64,000 nucleotides of DNA from an uncultured delta proteobacterium (lineage in GTDB: Bacteria; Desulfobacterota; Binatia; Binatales; Binataceae), in assembly GCA_963783145.1 (NCBI GenBank), contig CAWAMM010000001.1, forward strand, positions 547,347-611,346, in the 5' to 3' direction. The translations under genes were made by a program, and so were the position numbers. This document shows positions 9,118 through 16,778 of the stretch, one piece after another; within the stretch, counting starts at the first letter, position 1; each line of letters starts with the position of its first letter. The notes beneath the pieces were generated by a model, which saw nothing but the letters and a program-made list of their open reading frames with translations, ran no database searches and was not told the DNA's origin.

Positions 9118-10455
9118 TTGACAAAACACGAATCGATCCGAACCCGATTGGCTGCGTCAATCGGTCTCTCCAGCATAGTGGCGTTGACGCTGATCGTGCT
9201 GGCGACTCCTGCCGGCGCGGTGGTTTTCAACATGGGCGGTCCCGGTGGCGCCGCCGGCGTGGACATGAGTACCACGTCGGGCCTGTATGCGAGCGGGCGC
9301 GACGAGGTGCCGACTTTGATTGCGCAGCTGGGTGCGATTGCCCCGGGCGGCGACGTTTTCGAGGACCTCGGCGTACCGTCGATTTCTCCAGAAGGTGACG
9401 TCGTCTTCGGCGCCGAGACGGTCGGCCAGGACGATCGGCCGCGATGGGACGTCTATCGCGCCAACGTCGGAGCGCCGGGCAACCTGCGCATCGTGCGAGT
9501 CCTTGACGGCGCGTCCATGGACGATGGCTGTCGCCCTGCGTTCAAGGTCGATCCGTATCCAGTCGCGGGCGCCCATGGGCTGGTCGCTTTTCTGGCTCCC
9601 GAGGCTTCGGGGAAGGACGCAGTTTTCCGCTACGAGAATGGGCGCCTGAGTTGCGTAGCGCATCTCGGCGATCGCACCGCGCAGGGCCATTCGCTCAAGT
9701 TGCTGTACTTCGGCAGCGCGGATATCACCAGCAACGGTGAAATGGCGTTTCTCGGACGTGTTCAAGAGGCTGGGGTTGAGAAGGCTGTCGTCATCACCGT
9801 CGGCGCGAACTCCTCGATGCGTGAAGTAGCACGCGAAGGGGACCGTGCTCCCGGTGGTGGTAACTTCGGCGCGAGCTTCGGCAGGCCGGCGATCGTGCAT
9901 TCCGGCTTCGGAAACCTGATTGCCTTCACCAATCGAGATTCATCGACTGATTCCGCATACGTAGCCACTGCAGACGGCCTCTCGCGCTGCTTCCGTACCG
10001 GCGCGCACACCAAACTGGGAGTGTTGACCTACATCTCCGATGGACGCCCGGGTCTGCTTGCCGATGGAACTGTGATCATTAGTGGCGCGTCGAAGGATCG
10101 GTACGCGGTTTTTAAAGCGAAGGATGGGGAGCTGATCCCGATCAAGCGCGAGGGCGATATAACCCAGTTCGGCACTCGGCTGGCGGGTTTCGTCGATCCT
10201 TCGGTGACCTCAGCAGGTTTGGTGTATCTGGGAGGTCACGACGACACCGGTGAGGAACACTTGTTCGTATTTGAATCGGGCGACGACCTTCAGATCCCGA
10301 TCGAATCGAGCGCCGATGTGTCGGCGTCGGGGCGCTGGCTGCCGCCATTCTTCCCCGGCAGTCTCGCAGTGAATCAGCGAGGAGACCTTGCCGCGCTTGG
10401 CGCTGCGCCCAATTCCGACCCCGCTAGACTGCGCACGGTGATCTTCGACTGGTAG
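9118..10455 (+). CDS. Secreted repeat protein, predicted 7-bladed beta-propeller-like
   Basis: Seven repeats occur roughly every 45-50 aa with the core G-x-h-h-F-x-G/A (GDVVFGAE, HGLVAFLAP, GEMAFLGR, GNLIAFTN, DGTVIISG, AGLVYLGG, GDLAALGA). A TTG start at 9118 gives a signal peptide with an AGA-VV cleavage site. The ORF track's extension to 8881 has poor GC3. Confidence 0.55.
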   Translation: MTKHESIRTRLAASIGLSSIVALTLIVLATPAGAVVFNMGGPGGAAGVDMSTTSGLYASGRDEVPTLIAQLGAIAPGGDVFEDLGVPSISPEGDVVFGAETVGQDDRPRWDVYRANVGAPGNLRIVRVLDGASMDDGCRPAFKVDPYPVAGAHGLVAFLAPEASGKDAVFRYENGRLSCVAHLGDRTAQGHSLKLLYFGSADITSNGEMAFLGRVQEAGVEKAVVITVGANSSMREVAREGDRAPGGGNFGASFGRPAIVHSGFGNLIAFTNRDSSTDSAYVATADGLSRCFRTGAHTKLGVLTYISDGRPGLLADGTVIISGASKDRYAVFKAKDGELIPIKREGDITQFGTRLAGFVDPSVTSAGLVYLGGHDDTGEEHLFVFESGDDLQIPIESSADVSASGRWLPPFFPGSLAVNQRGDLAALGAAPNSDPARLRTVIFDW

Positions 10456-10458
10456 AGC

Positions 10459-11085
10459 TTACGGCCGTGCCGCATCAGCAGGGTCGGGATTTACCATGTC
10501 GGGAAGCTTGAAGCTTGGAGGCGGGGTAGCATCGACGAGCGCAAGCAAGCTGTCGCGACGGGTGGTCAAAAGATCCTTCAGCTGTTGTCGCTGCTTGTCG
10601 TCAAGCGTGAGATCCTCGCTGAGATGTTCGAGGGTAGGGCGATAGATAACCATCGAGACGAAAATCGGCCCCATGCCAGGCGCGCATCCGGGCAGCGGAT
10701 CTGGAAAGCTCGCCAGCCGTTTCGTAATCATGTCCAGTTTCTGTTTCTGATCGGGCGTTAGAATCGCGTTGAACGAGGTGCGAAAGCGCTGCTCGATGGC
10801 ATCGACCTTCTGCTGAAAATCCGCGATCTGCGGAATTATTCCTTCGATCTGCGTGCGTAGCTCCTGCGGGCTCACAGGTCGATGCCCATTCGTGCCGGTT
10901 CCGCCGATGAACCATGGTTGGCGGCGTGGCGCAGGTGCCGGAGCTGCGGTCGATTCGCGATGCTGAAATTCTTCCATCGGACGCGGCGGAGGAACCGGGC
11001 GCGATCTCTGAGTCCATACTCCTACGAAGAGTCCCGCTACGAAGAGCGCGACTGTAGCGAGTACGACGAGGACGTTTCCCCTCAT
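10459..11085 (-). CDS. Membrane-anchored periplasmic LTXXQ-motif protein (CpxP/Spy-like)
   Basis: An N-terminal TM or signal segment (VLVVLATVALFVAGLFVGVW) is followed by two LTxxQ motifs (ILTPDQKQKL, LTLDDKQRQQL). It is the last gene of the ECF sigma operon. Confidence 0.6.
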   Translation of the reverse strand: MRGNVLVVLATVALFVAGLFVGVWTQRSRPVPPPRPMEEFQHRESTAAPAPAPRRQPWFIGGTGTNGHRPVSPQELRTQIEGIIPQIADFQQKVDAIEQRFRTSFNAILTPDQKQKLDMITKRLASFPDPLPGCAPGMGPIFVSMVIYRPTLEHLSEDLTLDDKQRQQLKDLLTTRRDSLLALVDATPPPSFKLPDMVNPDPADAARP

Positions 11086-11357
11086 ATCGATTCCTCGAGC
11101 ACCCTTATTTGCTCGGCAGTGGTAGTCCAGTTCTGGAGATTTTGCTCCTGCGTGTACTGGGTCTGAATCCAGTGCATCGATACCGCGCCCATGACGCATA
11201 GCGCGCCTGTAATCGCGACCAGACGGAGCCTCACGGCCAGACCGGCGACGCCGGCATTGCGCCGGGCATCATCAATCACGCGCCGCGCAAAGTCGGGCGG
11301 CAAATGAGTTCGGGCGTAGCGGCGTTGCTGTTCTAAATAAAGCGATTCAATCTTCAT
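11082..11357 (-). CDS. Anti-sigma factor candidate with a single TM
   Basis: This small protein lies immediately downstream of the ECF sigma gene and overlaps it. One TM helix (LRLVAITGALCVMGAVSM) is predicted. Assignment rests on position. Confidence 0.5.
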   Translation of the reverse strand: MKIESLYLEQQRRYARTHLPPDFARRVIDDARRNAGVAGLAVRLRLVAITGALCVMGAVSMHWIQTQYTQEQNLQNWTTTAEQIRVLEESI

Positions 11358-11901
11358 CGGAAATCCTCTGTCGAAGATATTCACGCGCACGAAACAGGCG
11401 CGATTTCACCGCGCTTACACTGCTGTGAGTGATGTCGGCCAACTGCTCGTATGACCAGTCATTCTCCGCGAGCAGGAGAATAAGTTCCTTCTGATTGGGA
11501 GGCATGCCTTCGAGCGCGGCACGAAAAGATTCGAGCCGGCTGTCAGACCGGGGCGCCTCGGCGATTTGTTCATGTTTGGGCTCAAACGGCACGAACAAAC
11601 GCCATAGGCGCTTCCGGCGCAGCGAATCCATCGCGACATTGCGCGCGATGCGAAACAGCCACGCCTCGAAGCTATCGGGATTCTTGAGCCCTGATAAGCC
11701 GGAGATCATCTTGATGAAAATGTCGTGGCAGAGATCCTCGATGGCGTCGTCGCGGCCAATCAGGGAATACACAAAGCCCGCGATTCGGTCCTGAAACCGC
11801 GTGATCAGTATCTCCAATGCCGCGTCCGATCCGTCTTGAGCTCGCCGAATCAGTGCGGCTAGGTCTTCGGCTTCCGGACTGATCTCAGCCACCCTCGACA
11901 C
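11347..11901 (-). CDS. ECF (sigma-70 family) RNA polymerase sigma factor
   Basis: Sigma-70 regions 2 and 4 are recognisable (FVYSLIGRDDAIEDLCHDIFIKM...; ILLLAENDWSYEQLADITHSSVSAVKSRLFRAREYL). Confidence 0.85.
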   Translation of the reverse strand: MSRVAEISPEAEDLAALIRRAQDGSDAALEILITRFQDRIAGFVYSLIGRDDAIEDLCHDIFIKMISGLSGLKNPDSFEAWLFRIARNVAMDSLRRKRLWRLFVPFEPKHEQIAEAPRSDSRLESFRAALEGMPPNQKELILLLAENDWSYEQLADITHSSVSAVKSRLFRAREYLRQRISDED

Positions 11902-11910
11902 GTATCATGG

Positions 11911-11938
11911 GAAGACGAAGCAATTCGCGGAAAGTTGC
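11911..11938 (-). promoter_or_regulatory. Candidate autoregulated ECF-type promoter
   Basis: On the minus strand the sequence reads GCAACTT-N15-GTCTTC just upstream of the sigma start, matching the RpoE-type GGAACTT-N15/16-GTCTAA consensus with one mismatch in each box. Confidence 0.25.
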
Positions 11939-12059
11939 GCGGCAGACCGGGCAACATCTCGCGACCATAGTCCACAATAGCTGGGAAGCCCCGACCAATA
12001 GAACGACCAGGGAGCTAATTTCACCGAGGCCGTCCCGCCGCGCTCGAAAAAAGGGGAGG

Positions 12060-12138
12060 GGGAGGCCCTCGCCAATGTAACTCGCAGGCGAAACGGGGGG
12101 GAATTTCGCCAACGAGGGAGGAGGAACGAGGGCCTCCC
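12060..12138. other. Structured element: 12-bp perfect GC-rich stem enclosing an inner 7-bp hairpin
   Basis: GGGAGGCCCTCG (12060-12071) pairs with CGAGGGCCTCCC (12127-12138). Inside, GGCGAAA-cggggggaa-TTTCGCC forms a second hairpin. On the minus strand a U6 tract follows 8 nt after the outer stem. Confidence 0.3.
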
Positions 12139-12256
12139 AGCATTCATGTCTTTTCGTGCTCTCATACAGATAGACGACGCGCATGGCCAAAAGTTGCGCG
12201 ACCTGAATCGATAGGCGCCGACGCAAATCCGTAGCAAGCGATAGGTTGTAGGCGAT

Positions 12257-12547
12257 CTATCTCGTCAGCAAAAACTGCAATTTAGCCATAACGTCCGCAA
12301 ACGCTCGCGAGAACGAATCAGTCCCTCCGCTACAACCACTCTCAGCCTGGACGCGTGCTCTAAACTTCCTCCAGATTTCATGATTGATCTTCGCATACGC
12401 AGGGAACCCTACACTGAGCTGGTCGCGATAGTCATCTCGATCCTGTTGCCGCAACCTGACCGGTGGCGGAGATGATCTTGGGCAGCTATCGCTCAATGGC
12501 TGTATAGTCAGATCGCTGGTTGGATAACGTAACGCGCCATCTTTCAT
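12257..12547 (-). CDS. Hypothetical ORF in the low-GC islet (weak)
   Basis: The ORF-track entry has atypical low-GC3 codon usage and no recognisable family. It may be non-coding. Confidence 0.15.
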   Translation of the reverse strand: MKDGALRYPTSDLTIQPLSDSCPRSSPPPVRLRQQDRDDYRDQLSVGFPAYAKINHEIWRKFRARVQAESGCSGGTDSFSRAFADVMAKLQFLLTR

Positions 12548-12725
12548 ACTTTTCGACTATCGCCGACTATAAGATTGGCGGGTGTTCTTCTTCCTCACTC
12601 CGATCTCAAAGCGCAAGGCGATCTCCCGCTTGTAGGTCTTAGACTTAGAATCGCATGACGATCTATTGCTAATTCATTGCTGGTACTGTTTAGTCAACTA
12701 TCTGCAATTCTCAATTTGCTCGGAG

Positions 12726-12968
12726 GTGCCGACTTTGGATCTTGAAAAAATAGTCGCCGAATTGAGGCAAGAGATGGAGCGTATCGGGGAAGCTATTGGA
12801 CTGCTGGAGACTTCAGCGCCGCCCAAGCCGCGTAGAGGTCGACCACCGCGCGCAGCAACTGCCGTTAGCTCCAGCAAGCCGGGCCGGAAGGGGCTTACTC
12901 CGGCGGGCAGAAAGCGCTTATCGGAAATGATGAAGAAGCGCTGGGCCGAGCGCAGAAAGCGGGCCTAG
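12726..12968 (+). CDS. Small basic AT-hook protein, possibly nucleoid-associated or H-NS/Lsr2-like
   Basis: A GTG start at 12726 gives a predicted coiled-coil N-terminus (LDLEKIVAELRQEMERIGEAIGLLE), an AT-hook-like KPRRGRPPR core and a basic C-terminus. The gene sits in an AT-rich islet. Confidence 0.4.
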   Translation: MPTLDLEKIVAELRQEMERIGEAIGLLETSAPPKPRRGRPPRAATAVSSSKPGRKGLTPAGRKRLSEMMKKRWAERRKRA

Positions 12969-12989
12969 CAAGCCCGGGCGTTCTCGAAG

Positions 12990-13691
12990 CTAAGGTGTGA
13001 CCGCGGCCGGTTCGTTTGCGGCGATAAATCGCAGCATCAGGCTCTGAAGTTCGGTGGCGTGAGGACCAGAAAGGATGGCGGTGCCGTGCAAATCGCCGGG
13101 ATAAACCTCCAGTGACTTGGGCGCCGTCGCGAGCTTGTAGAGGATCTCGGGCTGACCCGCTACCAGCGGATCATCGACAGAGGTAACAAAGAGGATCGGC
13201 GCGCGAACCAGGTGAATCACCGGCTCGACATTGAGACCGCCGAAGCTGGTGGGGGTGGAAATGCAGATGATGCCAGCCACCTGTTCGCGCGCGGCAACCA
13301 TGATTGCCGCCTCGGAACCAAGGCTTGCGCCCGCGATGAAGATGCGCGAGACACGAGGCCTCAGGAATTGGTAAGCCGCCAACAAATCGCGGTCCGCGAA
13401 TTCAGTGCCTGACTGCCCTTCTGATTCGGTAAACCCACGAAAGTCGAAGGTCAAAGCCTGGTAACCGTGTGCCGCCAGTACCCGCGCGAAGTCGGTCCAG
13501 TCCGACTGATCCGCTGGATACATGTGCGCCAGTATCACTCCGGTGGAACCTCGTCCGTAGAGATGACCGCGCAGCAGCACCTTGTCGGAGGTCGTAAAGG
13601 ATACGTGCTCACCGCCCAGATCCTGAGGACTCCGCTGGGGATTGAACAAGCATCCAGCGACGACTGCTATCGTCAGGAGAATAAGCGTCAT
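12990..13691 (-). CDS. Alpha/beta hydrolase, probable lipoprotein
   Basis: A lipobox-like LTIAVVAGC precedes a GxSxG-type nucleophile elbow (IAGASLGS). The fold resembles dienelactone hydrolase. Confidence 0.7.
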   Translation of the reverse strand: MTLILLTIAVVAGCLFNPQRSPQDLGGEHVSFTTSDKVLLRGHLYGRGSTGVILAHMYPADQSDWTDFARVLAAHGYQALTFDFRGFTESEGQSGTEFADRDLLAAYQFLRPRVSRIFIAGASLGSEAAIMVAAREQVAGIICISTPTSFGGLNVEPVIHLVRAPILFVTSVDDPLVAGQPEILYKLATAPKSLEVYPGDLHGTAILSGPHATELQSLMLRFIAANEPAAVTP

Positions 13692-13761
13692 TTGAAACGC
13701 GCGGCGCCCGTCACTTCTCATTCCCATCGATCTATACAATTGAAATCAGGGGCTTTGCGGC

Positions 13762-14859
13762 TCATCGGCCGTACTTCTTCATGATTTCGCATACGCGAAC
13801 ATGCGGAAGCGCTTGAACAGAATGGCCATCGATGCCGGTCATCGTCTCGGCAGCTACTAGTGCATTGATAATTGCCTCCTCGGTCGCTTGAACCGCCGCG
13901 GTGAAGATTGGATCGAGTGCGGAATTGCGCAGCATTTTAACCGACTCGATCGATTTCTCACTTCGCACCTCGGCAGTCGAGAAGGCAAGAAAGATATCCC
14001 CCGAACCGTTTCCCGATACGCTACCGGTACGGGCGAGCCCCATCGTTAGGCGGCGTGCGACTCGCTTAAGCTGATGGGGCAGGAGCGGTGCGTCGGTCGC
14101 GGTAATTATGATGATAGAACCTGATTCTGGACAAGGCTTATAGCTAGCTGGTGTCAACTCTAGTCCAACCGGCACTCCCGCGATGGTCAGTTCGCGGGCT
14201 CTTCCGCAGTTGAGTTGCACGAGAACTCCGAGTGTGAAGCCACCTTCACCTTGCGCGAGCCTTCGTGAAGCGGTACCGATACCTCCCTTCCATCCGTAAC
14301 CGATCATTCCGGTGCCGCCGCCGACGTTACCCTCCACGACTGCACCCGATCGCGCCGCTTTAAGCGCAGCCCAAACATGATCCTTGCTGACGTGGAAACC
14401 GTTAATGTCGTTGAGAAATCCATCGAAGGTTTCCGCGACCACCGGCAGTGACCACGGCTGACCCATCATGCCGTTGCGAACTTGCCACTCGATTACAGCG
14501 TCGCGCACTACGCCGACGCTATGAGTGTTAGTAATCATCACTGGCGTCGATAGTTCGCCTGACTCCTCAATCCAGGTGGTCCCGGTCATTTCGCCATTGC
14601 CGTTTTGCGAATACCACGCGGCGAAAGCACCAGCACAATCCCGTCCGCGCGGCAGGATTGCGGTCACCCCGGTCCGCACCGGTCCGCGACCTACGACCAG
14701 CTTTCCTTCTCCACGAATGATCGTCGCGTGGCCGACTTCGACCCCGGCTACGTCGGTGATGGCATTGAAGCGGCTCGGCGTGCCAGCAAATGGTATCCCA
14801 AGGTCTCTCGCGCGAGGCTTTGGCCGGTTGCCAGGTTTTGTCTGCCCTGCTTTCCTCAT
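13762..14859 (-). CDS. P1/S58 family peptidase (DmpA-type L-aminopeptidase / D-esterase)
   Basis: Family-wide similarity includes the GVxVGHxT and GTGM-type segments of DmpA/OAT-fold peptidases. Confidence 0.75.
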   Translation of the reverse strand: MRKAGQTKPGNRPKPRARDLGIPFAGTPSRFNAITDVAGVEVGHATIIRGEGKLVVGRGPVRTGVTAILPRGRDCAGAFAAWYSQNGNGEMTGTTWIEESGELSTPVMITNTHSVGVVRDAVIEWQVRNGMMGQPWSLPVVAETFDGFLNDINGFHVSKDHVWAALKAARSGAVVEGNVGGGTGMIGYGWKGGIGTASRRLAQGEGGFTLGVLVQLNCGRARELTIAGVPVGLELTPASYKPCPESGSIIIITATDAPLLPHQLKRVARRLTMGLARTGSVSGNGSGDIFLAFSTAEVRSEKSIESVKMLRNSALDPIFTAAVQATEEAIINALVAAETMTGIDGHSVQALPHVRVCEIMKKYGR

Positions 14860-14981
14860 CGCGCACACAGATAGCCGACTCGATATTGAAGTGATAGAGG
14901 GAATCGTCGAGGCGAGGGAGAAAGCAGCATGGCTGAACTTCTTGGCGGCAAGAGCGCGATCAATACCGGGAGCGGCTAGCG

Positions 14982-16403
14982 ATGGCCTCGCTCATCGATC
15001 CGTTCATTGAAGCATGGGAGCTCCGCGAACTCGTTCGGAAGGGTGAACTGCGGCCCCGCGAGGTCGCGGAATTTTTTCTTGCGCGAATCGAGCGACACAA
15101 TCCGACCCTCGGCGCTTACATGACGGTGCTGGCGGATCGAGCATTAGCAGATGCGCGATCGATCGAAGCGTCGCGTGGGGAGTCGTCTTCGCTGCCACTG
15201 TTCGGAGTTCCCTACTCCTTGAAGGATTTGACGCCGACCAAAGGCATTCGCACCACTATCGGCTCGCACAACTATGCTACCTCGATCCCGCTCGAAGACG
15301 CGCAGATCGCGACTCGCTTGTTCCGCTCCGGCGGTATCTTCCTGGGCAAAACCAGCACGCCCGAATTGGGTGCGCGGCCTACGACTGAAGGCGGTTTGTG
15401 CCCGATCGCGCGCAATCCATGGAACCTCGAATACAACGCCGGCGGCTCCAGCGGCGGCGCGGCCGCGCAAGTTGCCGCGGGCCTCGGTCCGCTGGCCGAG
15501 GGCAGTGATGGCGGCGGATCGATTCGGGGGCCTTCCTCGAATTGTGGCGTCGTGGGACTCAAGCCGTCTCGCGGTAGACTGACCTACGCGCCCCATCGCG
15601 GCGAAGCATGGGGCGGTTTCGCAACCCGCGGCCCGATCGCGCGCTCCGTCCGCGATGCTGCCCTGATGCTCGACGTTTTGGCTGGTCCCGTAGTTGGCGA
15701 TCCTTACTGGGCTCCTCCTCCTGAGCATTCGTTTGTCGAGGCGGTTGGTAGTGTGCCTCGTAACCTGCGTCTCGCAGCCATCGGCGCGAGCGCGCTGGGC
15801 GCCAACGATGCGGATGTGACTGCCTCCTTCGAGTCCGCATGCATGACGATGACTGAGATGGGTCATCGCATCGAGCCAATCGATCTCGATCCGGGTGCGA
15901 TGCTGCTGGAATGCGCGCGCACGCTCATCTGCGTCGGGATCGCGGCGGTCCCGATCGAAAATATTGCGACGGTTGATCCGGTCGTACGCGAGATGCACGA
16001 GCACGGGCGGAAGGTCAGTGCAGCCGATTACATCAACCTCGTCACGGTGATGCACAACACCGCGCGCACCATCGTGCAGCGCCTCGATGCCTACGACGCA
16101 CTGGTCACGCCGACGATGACGAAGCCTGCGATGCGCAATGGCACCTTTCCATCGCGTCCGGAGCGCTATCTAGACGAGTTGTGGACATGGATCGCTTTTG
16201 AGTACCCGTTCAACGCGACCGGACAGCCGGCAATCACACTGCCCGCGGGATTCTCCAAGGATGGTCTTCCAATCGGATTACAAATTGTAGGTCGCCCAAA
16301 TGGCGAGTTGGATCTGCTGTCGCTGGCTGCATCCTATGAATCGGCGCGTCCCTGGAGGCATCTGCGTCCGCCTGCATTCGACGAGCCATCGGGGGCCAGG
16401 TAG
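14982..16403 (+). CDS. Amidase (amidase-signature family)
   Basis: The amidase signature GGSSGGAAAQVAAGLGPLAEGSDGGGSIRGPSSNCGVVGLKPSRGR and a Ser-cisSer-Lys context are present. Confidence 0.9.
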   Translation: MASLIDPFIEAWELRELVRKGELRPREVAEFFLARIERHNPTLGAYMTVLADRALADARSIEASRGESSSLPLFGVPYSLKDLTPTKGIRTTIGSHNYATSIPLEDAQIATRLFRSGGIFLGKTSTPELGARPTTEGGLCPIARNPWNLEYNAGGSSGGAAAQVAAGLGPLAEGSDGGGSIRGPSSNCGVVGLKPSRGRLTYAPHRGEAWGGFATRGPIARSVRDAALMLDVLAGPVVGDPYWAPPPEHSFVEAVGSVPRNLRLAAIGASALGANDADVTASFESACMTMTEMGHRIEPIDLDPGAMLLECARTLICVGIAAVPIENIATVDPVVREMHEHGRKVSAADYINLVTVMHNTARTIVQRLDAYDALVTPTMTKPAMRNGTFPSRPERYLDELWTWIAFEYPFNATGQPAITLPAGFSKDGLPIGLQIVGRPNGELDLLSLAASYESARPWRHLRPPAFDEPSGAR

Positions 16404-16412
16404 AGTTAGTCA

Positions 16413-16772
16413 ATGAAAGCTGTCGATCCCGTGAAGATCGAAGACTACCACGCGCATATTTATTACGGTCCTGATACGCGCAAGATCGCGGCGGGCCTAC
16501 GCGCCCTGATCGAGAAGACCTTCACCGTAGAAATGGGACGCTGGCGGGATGAGCCGGTCGGGCCGCATCCGCAATCCATGTACCAGGTCAAATTTGCCAA
16601 GAGCAAATTCAGCCGTATCGTGCCGTGGCTGATGCTGAACCGCCGCGGCCTCGACGTCCTGGTGCATCCTAACACCGGCGACGCATACGAGGATCACGCA
16701 ACGCACGCGCTCTGGTTCGGCAACAGGTTGAAGCTGCGCCTTAACGTCCTCCGCGATCTCCCAAAGCACTGA
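16413..16772 (+). CDS. DOPA 4,5-dioxygenase family protein (YgiD-like)
   Basis: The 119-aa product carries a YHAHIYY motif. Size and pattern fit the DOPA-dioxygenase family. Confidence 0.55.
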   Translation: MKAVDPVKIEDYHAHIYYGPDTRKIAAGLRALIEKTFTVEMGRWRDEPVGPHPQSMYQVKFAKSKFSRIVPWLMLNRRGLDVLVHPNTGDAYEDHATHALWFGNRLKLRLNVLRDLPKH

Positions 16773-16778
16773 CGCGCG

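Noticed and set aside
9095-9125. GGAAC-N16-ACAAA resembling an ECF -35/-10 just before the repeat-protein gene
   Set aside because: It would place the transcription start downstream of the preferred TTG start at 9118 and the signal-peptide coding region. The -10 box is weak.
12257-12547. A 96-aa minus-strand ORF in the low-GC islet as a real gene
   Set aside because: Low GC3, no recognisable domain and no Shine-Dalgarno sequence. It is retained only as a very-low-confidence feature.
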